From sequence record SRR20825010_2136: a stretch of 20,000 nt of DNA; one strand, 5' to 3'. Positions 9,863-18,445 of the stretch are shown here, piece by piece; the stretch's first letter is position 1, and each line of letters begins with the position of its first letter. The notes under the pieces were generated by a model. That model saw nothing but the letters and a program-made list of their open reading frames with translations, ran no database searches and had not been told where the DNA came from. The position numbers and the translations under genes were made by a program.

Positions 9863-12280
9863 TTATTCGTAACGAAGTGAATCGGAAGGATTCGTATTGG
9901 CTGTCTTTAAAACTTGATAACCCACTGTAAACAAGGTGAGTACAAAGACAATCAGCATAGGAAAAATAAATAAAGTAGCTCCTATGTTTATGTGGTTTGC
10001 AAAATTGGCCAACCACTTGTTAAGGAAAATGTAGCCTATGGGTATAGAAATGAGGGACGCTAATAAAATCAGCCATGCATATTCTTTTGTTAAAAGAAGA
10101 ACTAACTGATGAACAGAAGCCCCTAGCACTTTTCTCACACTTACTTCTTTGGATCTTCTGTTGATATTGTAAAGTGATAATCCAAACAGACCGAGTACGG
10201 TAATCACGATCGCCAATATTGAAAAGAAGCTCACAATACTTCCGAAAAGGCGATCTGATTTGTATTGTCTATTGAAATAATCATCCAAGAAGAAATACTC
10301 GAAGTAGCTATTTGAATAACTTTGGTCAAAAGCTTGTTCAATTTGGGCCATTGTATTTTGTACATCTTCAGTACCCAACTTTATAGAATAGTATATTACC
10401 CTATCATGATGGGTGTAAATATGAGGTGCAATATTTGACTTTAATGACTCTTGACTGATATCGTCCACAATACCGACTAAAGTATAAGGTTCGGTTTCAT
10501 AATAAATGGTTTGGCCAATCCAGTCTGCTAGTCCTTCGCCTTGTAATAAATCCTTAGCAGCCGATAGACTCAGAATTAAAGACTGACTATCATTAAAGTC
10601 TTTACTAAAATTTCTACCATACAGGATTTCAATATCATAGAGGTCTATAAATGATTCATCCACAGATATATCTTTGGCATACAAAGCTTTATCATCCTCG
10701 TCTGGGCCCAGTGCTACAAACCTCATTCTTGAAATTTCATAGCCTGGAATCTCAGAAGAGGCTGCAATAGATTGCACTCCGCTCATCGTTTTCACATCGT
10801 TGATGAAAGCAGACTTGGTATCCTCCCTATTGGCTTCATCCATGAAGGGCTTTTTCACAATCAGGGTTTGGTCAATATCCATCCCCAAAGATTGGTTCTT
10901 CATAAAATTTAACTGCGATTGAACAGCCATTGTGCCTAAAATCAAAACCAAAGCCACCACATTTTGAAAAACCGTGAGTGATTTTCTAAGGGCTAAGCCA
11001 GAACTGCTGGTTTTTGCCTTTCCCTTTAAAACCACAGTGACTTTCTGTATTGAAAATAGCCAAGCTGGATACAGCGCAAAAAACAGAGAACCCAAGGTAA
11101 AGAGCAGAAGCAATACCAAGGTCTGATTTAGTGAGTCTTCACCAAAAAAATCAACCGGAATGCCTAATAAGTTTTTAAAGAACACACTGCTAAACTGTAA
11201 TAGCGTAAGTGCTAAGAGTATTGCAAGGAAATTGATGATAAGTCCTTCTATCAGAAATTGGCCAATGAGCTGTGACTTAATACCGCCCAAAACCTTTCTT
11301 ATACCCACTTCTTTACTTCTATCAATCAACTTAGCGGTGCTCAGGTTTACATAATTCACCCACGCAATGATCATGATGAAAATGCCAACTATGCTCAGGA
11401 AGCCCACAGTCGACTTATTGCCATTCACTTCCATTTCAAAAGAATGGTGCGAGGTTAGGTGGATGTCTTGAATGTTTTGTAGTTTAAAAGTCACCCCCTC
11501 ATCTTTAAACCAAGCACCTTCTATCCCTACAAAAGCCCTGTTGATTTTGTCTTCAAGCAAATTGGGATCACCCGAATTATTAAGTTTTAGATAAGTAAAA
11601 AAGTTACCCCATCCATAATTATTGTCCAAGTCCCATTCGCTAGGCAATGACTTAAAAGAAACCAGCACATCATATTTGAAATGTGTGTTTTCAGCAAGTT
11701 CTTCGAAAACACCAGTCACTTTAAAATCCTGCTCCATGTTTTTAAACCTTAGCAGCTTACCAATTGCAGAATCTTCACCAAAAAAACGTTCTTTATAAGA
11801 AGAGGAAATCACGACCTCATACGGATTTTCCAAGGAAGCTATGCTTTCCCCTTCCACCCAATTCATGGTAAAAATCTTTAATGCATCGTCATCAGCAAAA
11901 AATGCCTTGGGTATATTAAAAGTTTTGATATCTCCTGAGGGGGCGTAATAGCTGAGAGCAAACGACTGATAGATATAATCGTAGTGAATTACGCGGGCAA
12001 TATTTTCGACCTCTGGAATAGAGCTTTTGATTACAGGAGCCATTGGCGGAAATACTGACACCACTCCATCATCTGGAGACTCTTCTTCCGCTATTCTATA
12101 AATCCTAAATACCCTCTCGGCATTTTCAATATGACTGTCATAGCTCTTTTCGAATGACACATATTTGAAAATGAGTAGACAGGCCACCATAGAAAGAGAT
12201 AGCCCTAAGATATTAATCAGAGAAAAAACCTTATTTCTCTTTAAGTGGCGAATAGCAATAAGTATGTTGTTTTTGAACAT
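9863..12280 (-). CDS. ABC transporter permease, MacB/FtsX family (2nd in operon)
   Basis: MFKNNILIAIRHL, LQNIQDIHL, KEVGIRKVLG, KEVSVRKVLGAS, NPSDSLRYE. Confidence 0.93.
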   Translation of the reverse strand: MFKNNILIAIRHLKRNKVFSLINILGLSLSMVACLLIFKYVSFEKSYDSHIENAERVFRIYRIAEEESPDDGVVSVFPPMAPVIKSSIPEVENIARVIHYDYIYQSFALSYYAPSGDIKTFNIPKAFFADDDALKIFTMNWVEGESIASLENPYEVVISSSYKERFFGEDSAIGKLLRFKNMEQDFKVTGVFEELAENTHFKYDVLVSFKSLPSEWDLDNNYGWGNFFTYLKLNNSGDPNLLEDKINRAFVGIEGAWFKDEGVTFKLQNIQDIHLTSHHSFEMEVNGNKSTVGFLSIVGIFIMIIAWVNYVNLSTAKLIDRSKEVGIRKVLGGIKSQLIGQFLIEGLIINFLAILLALTLLQFSSVFFKNLLGIPVDFFGEDSLNQTLVLLLLFTLGSLFFALYPAWLFSIQKVTVVLKGKAKTSSSGLALRKSLTVFQNVVALVLILGTMAVQSQLNFMKNQSLGMDIDQTLIVKKPFMDEANREDTKSAFINDVKTMSGVQSIAASSEIPGYEISRMRFVALGPDEDDKALYAKDISVDESFIDLYDIEILYGRNFSKDFNDSQSLILSLSAAKDLLQGEGLADWIGQTIYYETEPYTLVGIVDDISQESLKSNIAPHIYTHHDRVIYYSIKLGTEDVQNTMAQIEQAFDQSYSNSYFEYFFLDDYFNRQYKSDRLFGSIVSFFSILAIVITVLGLFGLSLYNINRRSKEVSVRKVLGASVHQLVLLLTKEYAWLILLASLISIPIGYIFLNKWLANFANHINIGATLFIFPMLIVFVLTLFTVGYQVLKTANTNPSDSLRYE

Positions 12281-12292
12281 GCTGTTTTGAGT

Positions 12293-14701
12293 TTATTCGT
12301 AGCGAAGGGAATCAATTGGGTTTGATAAGGTTGATTTGACCGAGTGAAATGAAACGGTAACGGCCACCACCAAAAGACAGATACTTGTGGAAAGCAGGAA
12401 AATATCGGCTGTTATGGAAGTGCTATAAGCAAAACCCGAAAGCCACTGATCCATAAAGTAATAAGATATAGGTAGCGAAATGGCTGTGCTCAGCACAATC
12501 AACCAAATGGTTTGTCGGTTTAAAAGAATGAGTACATCGGAGAAACCTGCTCCTAGTACTTTTCTAATGCCAATTTCCTTAGTTCGATTGGCCATATTAA
12601 TACCCGTTAAGCCAAAGAGCCCAATACAGGCTATGATTACCCCAAGTACAGAGGCTACATTAATAATCTCTTTCCATTTTTGGCTGTCCTTGTAGCGGCT
12701 GTTGAGGTAGTCGTTAAGAAAGCTAACCTCAATTTCCTTTTCAGGAACGATTTTCTCTGCGGCAGCTTTAATGGCAGCTATCCCCGCTTCAGTTTTCCCC
12801 GCTCCAATTTTTACGAACAAATCCGAAAGACCATTGCTATTGGCAACATTGAAACGAAAAGGCCCGATAGATTTCTGAAGTGATTCAAAATGAAAATCGT
12901 TTACTACACCTTGAATATCTTTTTGCGTAGCATTATACATTGCGGTATCTGACTTGTAAAGATCAAAGAGCGTTTTATTTATTATGCTTCTGCTCTCCAA
13001 TGCCTCTATTCCCATTTCCTCACTAAAATATTCTCCTTCCAAAAGTGGAATGCCAAAGGCTTCAAAGAAATCGAAATCAACCCGAGCGCTTTGTACCCAG
13101 TATTGCACGTTGTTAATCACAATACTGCCCCGACTCGTTGAAGGAGTGAAAATCCCGTTCACACCAGTAACTGATTCAATAGCTGTATTTGAAGTCAGCT
13201 CCTGCTTCATCAATTGAGTTTTTCCCCAAAGTCCACGAACGTAAACAATCTGTTCTTTGTTAAACCCTAAATCTTTGGTATTCATATAATCGAACTGGCG
13301 CGTCATGGCCAATCCCATTGAAATAAAGAAGAGGCAAAGCACAAATTGAAACACTACCATTGACTTAATTAAAGCAGGTTTAATTTTGTAAGTAGTATTT
13401 CCCTTAAGGCCATTCACCACCTTAAACCTTGATAAAACTTGAGCAGGATAAATGCCAGCTAAAAAAGCCAACAATAAAGAAAAAAGCAGACTAAAACTGA
13501 GTATTTGAATGTTTTCAGATATGCTTAACTCAATTGACTTACCAGCCAACTCATTGAATCTAGGCAGCACTAGTTGCATTAAAGTAAAACCACCTACAAC
13601 GGAGAAGGCAGAAATAAGGAGCGCCTCAATATAAAACTGAGTCCGCAAATAACCTCCATGTGCTCCCATTACTTTCCTTACAGAAACTTCGAGTTGCCTG
13701 CTTCCCGAAGAAGCCACATTGATAGAAAGGTAATTGATACAGGCAATCAGGAGGATGAGTAATCCAATACCAATAAGCACAATTGAATAAAGTGGAGATG
13801 AGCTCTCTCCATAACTTACGCTAGGATCGAGGTATAAATCTTGAATGTTCTTCAAACCGTACTGCACAACAGGATTGGATTCTGAAAGCTTGAGCATTTC
13901 GCGCTGACTAGAGATTTCATCGGCAAACCTCTCAGTATAAACCTTACTTATTTTGTTACTTACCAAGCTGGCATTCTCTGGGTTATTGAGAAGTAAAAAG
14001 CAAGAAATGGCATTATAATACCAGTTATCTTTATCCTCTTTAAAGTAATCAGAATTCGCGAGATTAAGTACTATGTTAAGCTTCAGGGAAGAGTGTACCG
14101 GCTTTTCTATTACTCCCGAAATTATGTAAACATCAGGTTGTCCATTTCCACTTGAAAAGGTTTCTCCCACCACATCTAACCGTCCAAAAAGCGTCATTGC
14201 CATTTCGTCTGTGATCACCGCATTTTTCATATCTTTTAGTGCAGTGCTAGGTTGACCATACAAAAAGGTAAAGCTGAAAGACTCAAAGAAATCTGGTTCT
14301 ACATAGTTGACAAACTCGAAAAGTTTCTTTTCATCTTTGTTAATACTTATGTAATTAGATTCAACCCTAATCACTTTATCAATTTCAGGCACACTTTCTC
14401 TCACCAATTCTAAAAAAGGTAAATTGTGAGAAATCCCCTTCTCAATTCCTTTGTCTGGTGTGGAATCAAACCAACCGAGTTCCAGTTTTGGGTCGTCCGT
14501 TTTGAAATCCGTTTTATAGAGAAGAAACAGATTGTCTCCCTTGGCGTGGAATCCATCATAACTCCACTCATCTTTCACAAATACACAAACCAATAAGCCT
14601 ATCATCACGGCAATGGACAGGCTCGTGAAATTTATAGTGCTGTATAACCTTCGCTTGGAAAGGTTTCTAAAGGACATTTTGAGGTGGTTCCTGATCATCA
14701 T
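12293..14701 (-). CDS. ABC transporter permease, MacB/FtsX family (1st in operon, most divergent)
   Basis: MIRNHLKMSFRNL, ACINY, LEVSVRKVMGA, KEIGIRKVLGA, NPIDSLRYE. Start is 14701 or 14698. Confidence 0.92.
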   Translation of the reverse strand: MMIRNHLKMSFRNLSKRRLYSTINFTSLSIAVMIGLLVCVFVKDEWSYDGFHAKGDNLFLLYKTDFKTDDPKLELGWFDSTPDKGIEKGISHNLPFLELVRESVPEIDKVIRVESNYISINKDEKKLFEFVNYVEPDFFESFSFTFLYGQPSTALKDMKNAVITDEMAMTLFGRLDVVGETFSSGNGQPDVYIISGVIEKPVHSSLKLNIVLNLANSDYFKEDKDNWYYNAISCFLLLNNPENASLVSNKISKVYTERFADEISSQREMLKLSESNPVVQYGLKNIQDLYLDPSVSYGESSSPLYSIVLIGIGLLILLIACINYLSINVASSGSRQLEVSVRKVMGAHGGYLRTQFYIEALLISAFSVVGGFTLMQLVLPRFNELAGKSIELSISENIQILSFSLLFSLLLAFLAGIYPAQVLSRFKVVNGLKGNTTYKIKPALIKSMVVFQFVLCLFFISMGLAMTRQFDYMNTKDLGFNKEQIVYVRGLWGKTQLMKQELTSNTAIESVTGVNGIFTPSTSRGSIVINNVQYWVQSARVDFDFFEAFGIPLLEGEYFSEEMGIEALESRSIINKTLFDLYKSDTAMYNATQKDIQGVVNDFHFESLQKSIGPFRFNVANSNGLSDLFVKIGAGKTEAGIAAIKAAAEKIVPEKEIEVSFLNDYLNSRYKDSQKWKEIINVASVLGVIIACIGLFGLTGINMANRTKEIGIRKVLGAGFSDVLILLNRQTIWLIVLSTAISLPISYYFMDQWLSGFAYSTSITADIFLLSTSICLLVVAVTVSFHSVKSTLSNPIDSLRYE

Positions 14702-14762
14702 ATCTTAATTATTCATGTTCTGCCGTTAATTTCAACATCTTCATAGACGCTCATAGCAATGT

Positions 14763-14778
14763 CCTACAATCATGCCCA
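14763..14778 (-). promoter_or_regulatory. Putative sigma54 -24/-12 promoter of the permease operon (non-canonical -12)
   Basis: Minus strand TGGGCATGATTGTAGG versus consensus TGGCACG-N4-TTGC: good -24 element GGCATG, weak -12 (TAGG). Lies about 60 nt upstream of the first permease and divergent from a sigma54 activator. Confidence 0.45.
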
Positions 14779-14839
14779 AACCACAAACATCTAAATAACA
14801 GCATCTTACAGTTTGTTCCATCCCGTTTATCAATTAATC

Positions 14840-14879
14840 CGTATCAATGTGAGACAAATGAACGTATCATAATGGTACA
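14840..14879. promoter_or_regulatory. Tandem palindromic binding sites (likely enhancer of the NtrC-family regulator)
   Basis: CGTATCA-atg-TGAGACA (14840-14856) and CGTATCA-taa-TGGTACA (14863-14879); both approximate TGTAYCA-N3-TGRTACA, centres 23 bp apart. Confidence 0.7.
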
Positions 14880-14919
14880 TTTCATACCTTTATTACCGAA
14901 AAAAGAACCATTATGAACA

Positions 14920-16293
14920 ATGTCAAAAATTGACGCCAAAATTCTAGTTTTAGACGATGATCAAGGGGTGCTCTATACGGCCAACATGATCTTGAAGCAA
15001 TATTTCCAAACTGTAATTACTGAAAAAGACCCTGCCAAATTAGACTTCCTTCTTAACCAACACGAATATGATGTCATTGTATTGGATATGAATTTCTCCT
15101 ATGGATTGACTGGCGGGAAAGAAGGAATCAAGCTATTGAAAAGAGTTTTGGAAAAAGACCCAAAAGCACACGTATTAATGAATACCGCCTATGGTGATAT
15201 TGACATTGCCGTGGAAGCTATGAAAGAAGGTGCTGTTGATTTTTTGGTGAAACCTTGGCCGAAAGAAAAATTATTGGCCACCGTATTGGCCATTTATGAG
15301 TTGAGTAAAAGTAGAAAGGAAGTTCAAGAGTTAAAGACTGGCCAGAAGATTCTGATGAAGGATCAACAGAAAGAGTTGAGCGATATAATTTCTGTGAGCC
15401 CTGTGATGAAGCCAATTTTTCACACCATTGAAAAAGTAGCCAAAACCGATGCTAACGTACTTGTTTTGGGTGAAAATGGAACGGGGAAGGAGTTAGTTGC
15501 CAGAGCAATTCATTATCAATCTGAAAGGGGCAATGAAAACTTCATCAAGGTGGATTTAGGGGCAGTTTCCGCTAGCCTTTTTGAATCTGAGCTATTCGGC
15601 CATATAAAAGGTGCTTTTACCGATGCCCATGAAGATCGTCCAGGTAGGTTTGAATTGGCTTCAAATGGAACATTGTTTTTGGATGAGATTGGAAACCTAT
15701 CCTTGCCCCTACAAGCGAAATTATTGACTGCTCTTCAGTTCAAACAAATTAGCCGTGTGGGCTCTAATAAAGTACTCCCTCTAAATATTCGTTTAGTTTG
15801 TGCCACCAATATGCCCCTTTACCAAATGGTAAAACATAATGAGTTCAGACAAGATTTGCTCTACAGAATGAATACGGTGGAAATCAAACTTCCTCCTTTG
15901 AGAGAAAGAAAAGAGGACATCGCACCATTGGCAAAGCATTTTCTCACCACTTACTCCAAAAAGTATCAAAAAGGAAAAATGAGGCTAAATGAAACCACCT
16001 TGAATAAACTACTCGGTTATAGCTGGCCAGGAAATATTCGTGAACTTCAACACGCCATTGAAAGGGCCGTAATTATGGCCAATTCTCCTCTTTTAGCCCC
16101 TGAGGACTTCCTCTTGAAAGACGACAGTATTGAAGGCAGTAGTCAGCCCGAATCCTTGAATATTGAGGCCATGGAAAAAACGGCAATTCAAAACGCAATA
16201 CGTAAAGCTGGAGGGAACTTAACGCAGGCGGCAATAGAATTAGGTTTTGGGCGCAGCACTCTATATAGAAAAATGGCTAAGTACGGACTCTGA
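14920..16293 (+). CDS. Sigma54-dependent response regulator (NtrC/AtoC family; REC, AAA+, Fis-type HTH)
   Basis: ILVLDDD and VLDMN receiver, Walker A GENGTGKE, ESELFGH-GAFTDA, Walker B LFLDEI, FRQDLLYR, WPGNIREL, GNLTQAAIELGFGRSTLYRK. Confidence 0.96.
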   Translation: MSKIDAKILVLDDDQGVLYTANMILKQYFQTVITEKDPAKLDFLLNQHEYDVIVLDMNFSYGLTGGKEGIKLLKRVLEKDPKAHVLMNTAYGDIDIAVEAMKEGAVDFLVKPWPKEKLLATVLAIYELSKSRKEVQELKTGQKILMKDQQKELSDIISVSPVMKPIFHTIEKVAKTDANVLVLGENGTGKELVARAIHYQSERGNENFIKVDLGAVSASLFESELFGHIKGAFTDAHEDRPGRFELASNGTLFLDEIGNLSLPLQAKLLTALQFKQISRVGSNKVLPLNIRLVCATNMPLYQMVKHNEFRQDLLYRMNTVEIKLPPLRERKEDIAPLAKHFLTTYSKKYQKGKMRLNETTLNKLLGYSWPGNIRELQHAIERAVIMANSPLLAPEDFLLKDDSIEGSSQPESLNIEAMEKTAIQNAIRKAGGNLTQAAIELGFGRSTLYRKMAKYGL

Positions 16294-16451
16294 TAATTAA
16301 TATAAATAGACTAGATTCAGCCCAACATTAATAAATCAAAACATTAGGTTATAAACTCTTCTTTCCAGCATTAGATTTAATAAATCAAGTTCAACACATG
16401 TGGCTGTATGTTCTTAACTTCTAAGTGAAAAGTTTCTGAGATCCGAAAAAT

Positions 16452-16922
16452 ATGCGTACTCTTCTAATCATTATCTGCCTGATTGGGATTCGACTCCATG
16501 CCAATGGACAGCGAAGTCTAGAAGAAATACACGATAGAATAAAGGACAGTCAGTTGTCGGATGAAAAATTTAAATGGAAGCATTTTGGCACCCTTAATTT
16601 TGAAGTAGTAGGCACTCAAAATTCAGGAGATTATAAACTAAATATTGAAGCTGGAACTACCGTAAGAATGTACTTGCTAGCAAAAACAGACTGCATTACT
16701 TACTTTGATGTTCGTGACCCACAAACACGATATGTGTTCGGTTCGAACAACAAAAATAGTTTGGAGACCGAAGTTGATGGATTCAAGGCTACTACAGCTG
16801 TTTATACTTATGAAAAAGACGCCACCATGGTCATTCGATTTGGAGTAAGGTGGGGTTGTCCAAGAATGCTAAGAACCAAATTAAAACTACTCGTTTTTTA
16901 TCAAGTAAAAGAAGTTGAATGA
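16452..16922 (+). CDS. Hypothetical secreted protein, beta-rich, two Cys in the mature part
   Basis: 156-aa ORF, signal-peptide-like MRTLLIIICLIGIRLHANG|Q; stop overlaps the kinase start (ATGA, 16919-16922). Confidence 0.75.
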   Translation: MRTLLIIICLIGIRLHANGQRSLEEIHDRIKDSQLSDEKFKWKHFGTLNFEVVGTQNSGDYKLNIEAGTTVRMYLLAKTDCITYFDVRDPQTRYVFGSNNKNSLETEVDGFKATTAVYTYEKDATMVIRFGVRWGCPRMLRTKLKLLVFYQVKEVE

Positions 16923-18250
16923 GGTATAAGTACTTCCGATTAAACGTAGTACTCCGTATTCTGGCCCTGCTGGTTCTGGGCTATTCTGGTTTCTATATCC
17001 TTACCCAAACTCATTTTTGGCTGGTTTCTTTCTGGCTCTTTCTTGCTTTAGTAATTGTCCTAATCAACCTTATCCGTTATGTGGAGCGCGCCAGACGAGA
17101 CTTGACTTACTTTCTATTGTCCATCAAGCAAAACGATTTCAGCAACTCATTTCCTTATCAAAAGACAGATGAATTGAATTACGCCTTTCATGAAATCAAT
17201 CAGGTGATGAAGAACTTAAGGAATGAAAAAGCATCCAACTACATCTACCTACAAACCGTAGTGGAACATGTTCGCGTAGCTGTTTTGTGTTTTGATGAAC
17301 ACAATAAGGTAGAACTCTCAAACAAAGCTGCCAAAGAGCTTTTCCAGAAGGATCACATCAGTTCGCTTTCTTCTTTAGAAAAAGTATCCAAAGAAGTGGC
17401 AAGCAAAGTATATCAGCTTAAAACGGGCGAAAGGGAGTTGGTAAAAGTGAAGATTGGCGGCAACCTTCTAAACCTTTCTATTCAGGTCACCACTTTCAAA
17501 CTTCAAGACAAGGATTACAAATTGGTGTCTTTCCAAGATATTAAGAGCGAACTTGAAGAAAAGGAAATTGAATCGTGGCAACGCCTTATTCGTGTACTTA
17601 CCCATGAAATCAAGAACTCGGTAATCCCAATTTCTACGCTTTCTGAGGTAATTCTTCAGGTATTCAAAACGGAAGTGCAAGCCAAAAGCAGTAGCCAAAC
17701 AGAAGCGGAAGCCTATCAAGATATTGTGGGCGGACTAGAAACTATTGAAGCCCGTAGTAAAGGCTTGGCTCATTTTGTAAATACTTATGATCAGCTGACC
17801 AAAGTATCGAAACCTGAGTTCAGTACTGTGCAGCTTCTCCCCTTGGTCAAGCGAATTGAAAACTTATTCAAACCTGATTTAGAGGCCGCTAATATCAACT
17901 TTGAAATTGAGGTGAGTTCAACCATTGAGATTCATACCGACCCTAACCTTTTGGATCAGGTGTTAATCAACTTGGTTAAAAATGCCATTGAAGCGATTAA
18001 GGATCAGCCTTATAAGGCTATTCAAATCAATACTAGAATTGAGCAAGACCGAGTAGTTCTAACCATCCGCGATAATGGCCCAGGGATTCCAGACGAAGTT
18101 TTAGACAATATTTTCGTGCCTTTCTACACCACAAAGCAAAGTGGTTCGGGCATTGGACTTTCACTTTCTCGTCAGATTATGGGCTTGCATAAGGGTAGTA
18201 TTGCGGTTAAATCAGGCAGCGAAGGAACTTGCTTTGAGTTGATTTTTTAG
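16919..18250 (+). CDS. Sensor histidine kinase (NtrY-like; two TMs, PAS-like region, HisKA, HATPase)
   Basis: H-box VLTHEIKNS, N-box QVLINLVKNAIEA, DNGPGI, FVPFYTTK, GSGIGLSL; two N-terminal TM helices joined by a very short loop. Confidence 0.95.
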   Translation: MRYKYFRLNVVLRILALLVLGYSGFYILTQTHFWLVSFWLFLALVIVLINLIRYVERARRDLTYFLLSIKQNDFSNSFPYQKTDELNYAFHEINQVMKNLRNEKASNYIYLQTVVEHVRVAVLCFDEHNKVELSNKAAKELFQKDHISSLSSLEKVSKEVASKVYQLKTGERELVKVKIGGNLLNLSIQVTTFKLQDKDYKLVSFQDIKSELEEKEIESWQRLIRVLTHEIKNSVIPISTLSEVILQVFKTEVQAKSSSQTEAEAYQDIVGGLETIEARSKGLAHFVNTYDQLTKVSKPEFSTVQLLPLVKRIENLFKPDLEAANINFEIEVSSTIEIHTDPNLLDQVLINLVKNAIEAIKDQPYKAIQINTRIEQDRVVLTIRDNGPGIPDEVLDNIFVPFYTTKQSGSGIGLSLSRQIMGLHKGSIAVKSGSEGTCFELIF

Positions 18251-18286
18251 GGTTGGTGATCTGTTACATTTTCAAGAGGAGAAATT

Positions 18287-18313
18287 CCACCCCCTGCCCC
18301 CGCCTGCGGGGGA
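18287..18313 (+). repeat. GC-rich REP-like palindrome
   Basis: CCACCCCCTG-CCCCCG-cctg-CGGGGG-A in an otherwise AT-rich intergenic region; no U-tract; single copy in the window. Confidence 0.5.
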
Positions 18314-18390
18314 TAACAAAGTGCCAGTTTTAAAGTTTTGTGCTCTACTTTTAATCTTACCAACTCTTATTAGCGGAATCATTAAGACAT

Positions 18391-18421
18391 AAAAAAGCAA
18401 CCGTTTTCACAGTTGCTCTTT
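18391..18421 (-). terminator. Intrinsic terminator of the dipeptidase gene
   Basis: Minus strand GAGCAACTGT-GAAA-ACGGTTGCTT-TTTT: GNRA tetraloop and U-tract about 25 nt after the stop at 18446. Confidence 0.88.
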
Positions 18422-18445
18422 ACAATTATAAACCAAAAATGATTC

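Noticed and set aside
5052-13217. Six short + strand ORFs (5052, 8190, 11160, 12480, 12680, 12984)
   Set aside because: All lie antisense within intact permease genes, with no independent coding signal.
14913-14933. 6-codon out-of-frame uORF (MNNVKN) overlapping the regulator start
   Set aside because: Too short to support; expected by chance in AT-rich leaders.
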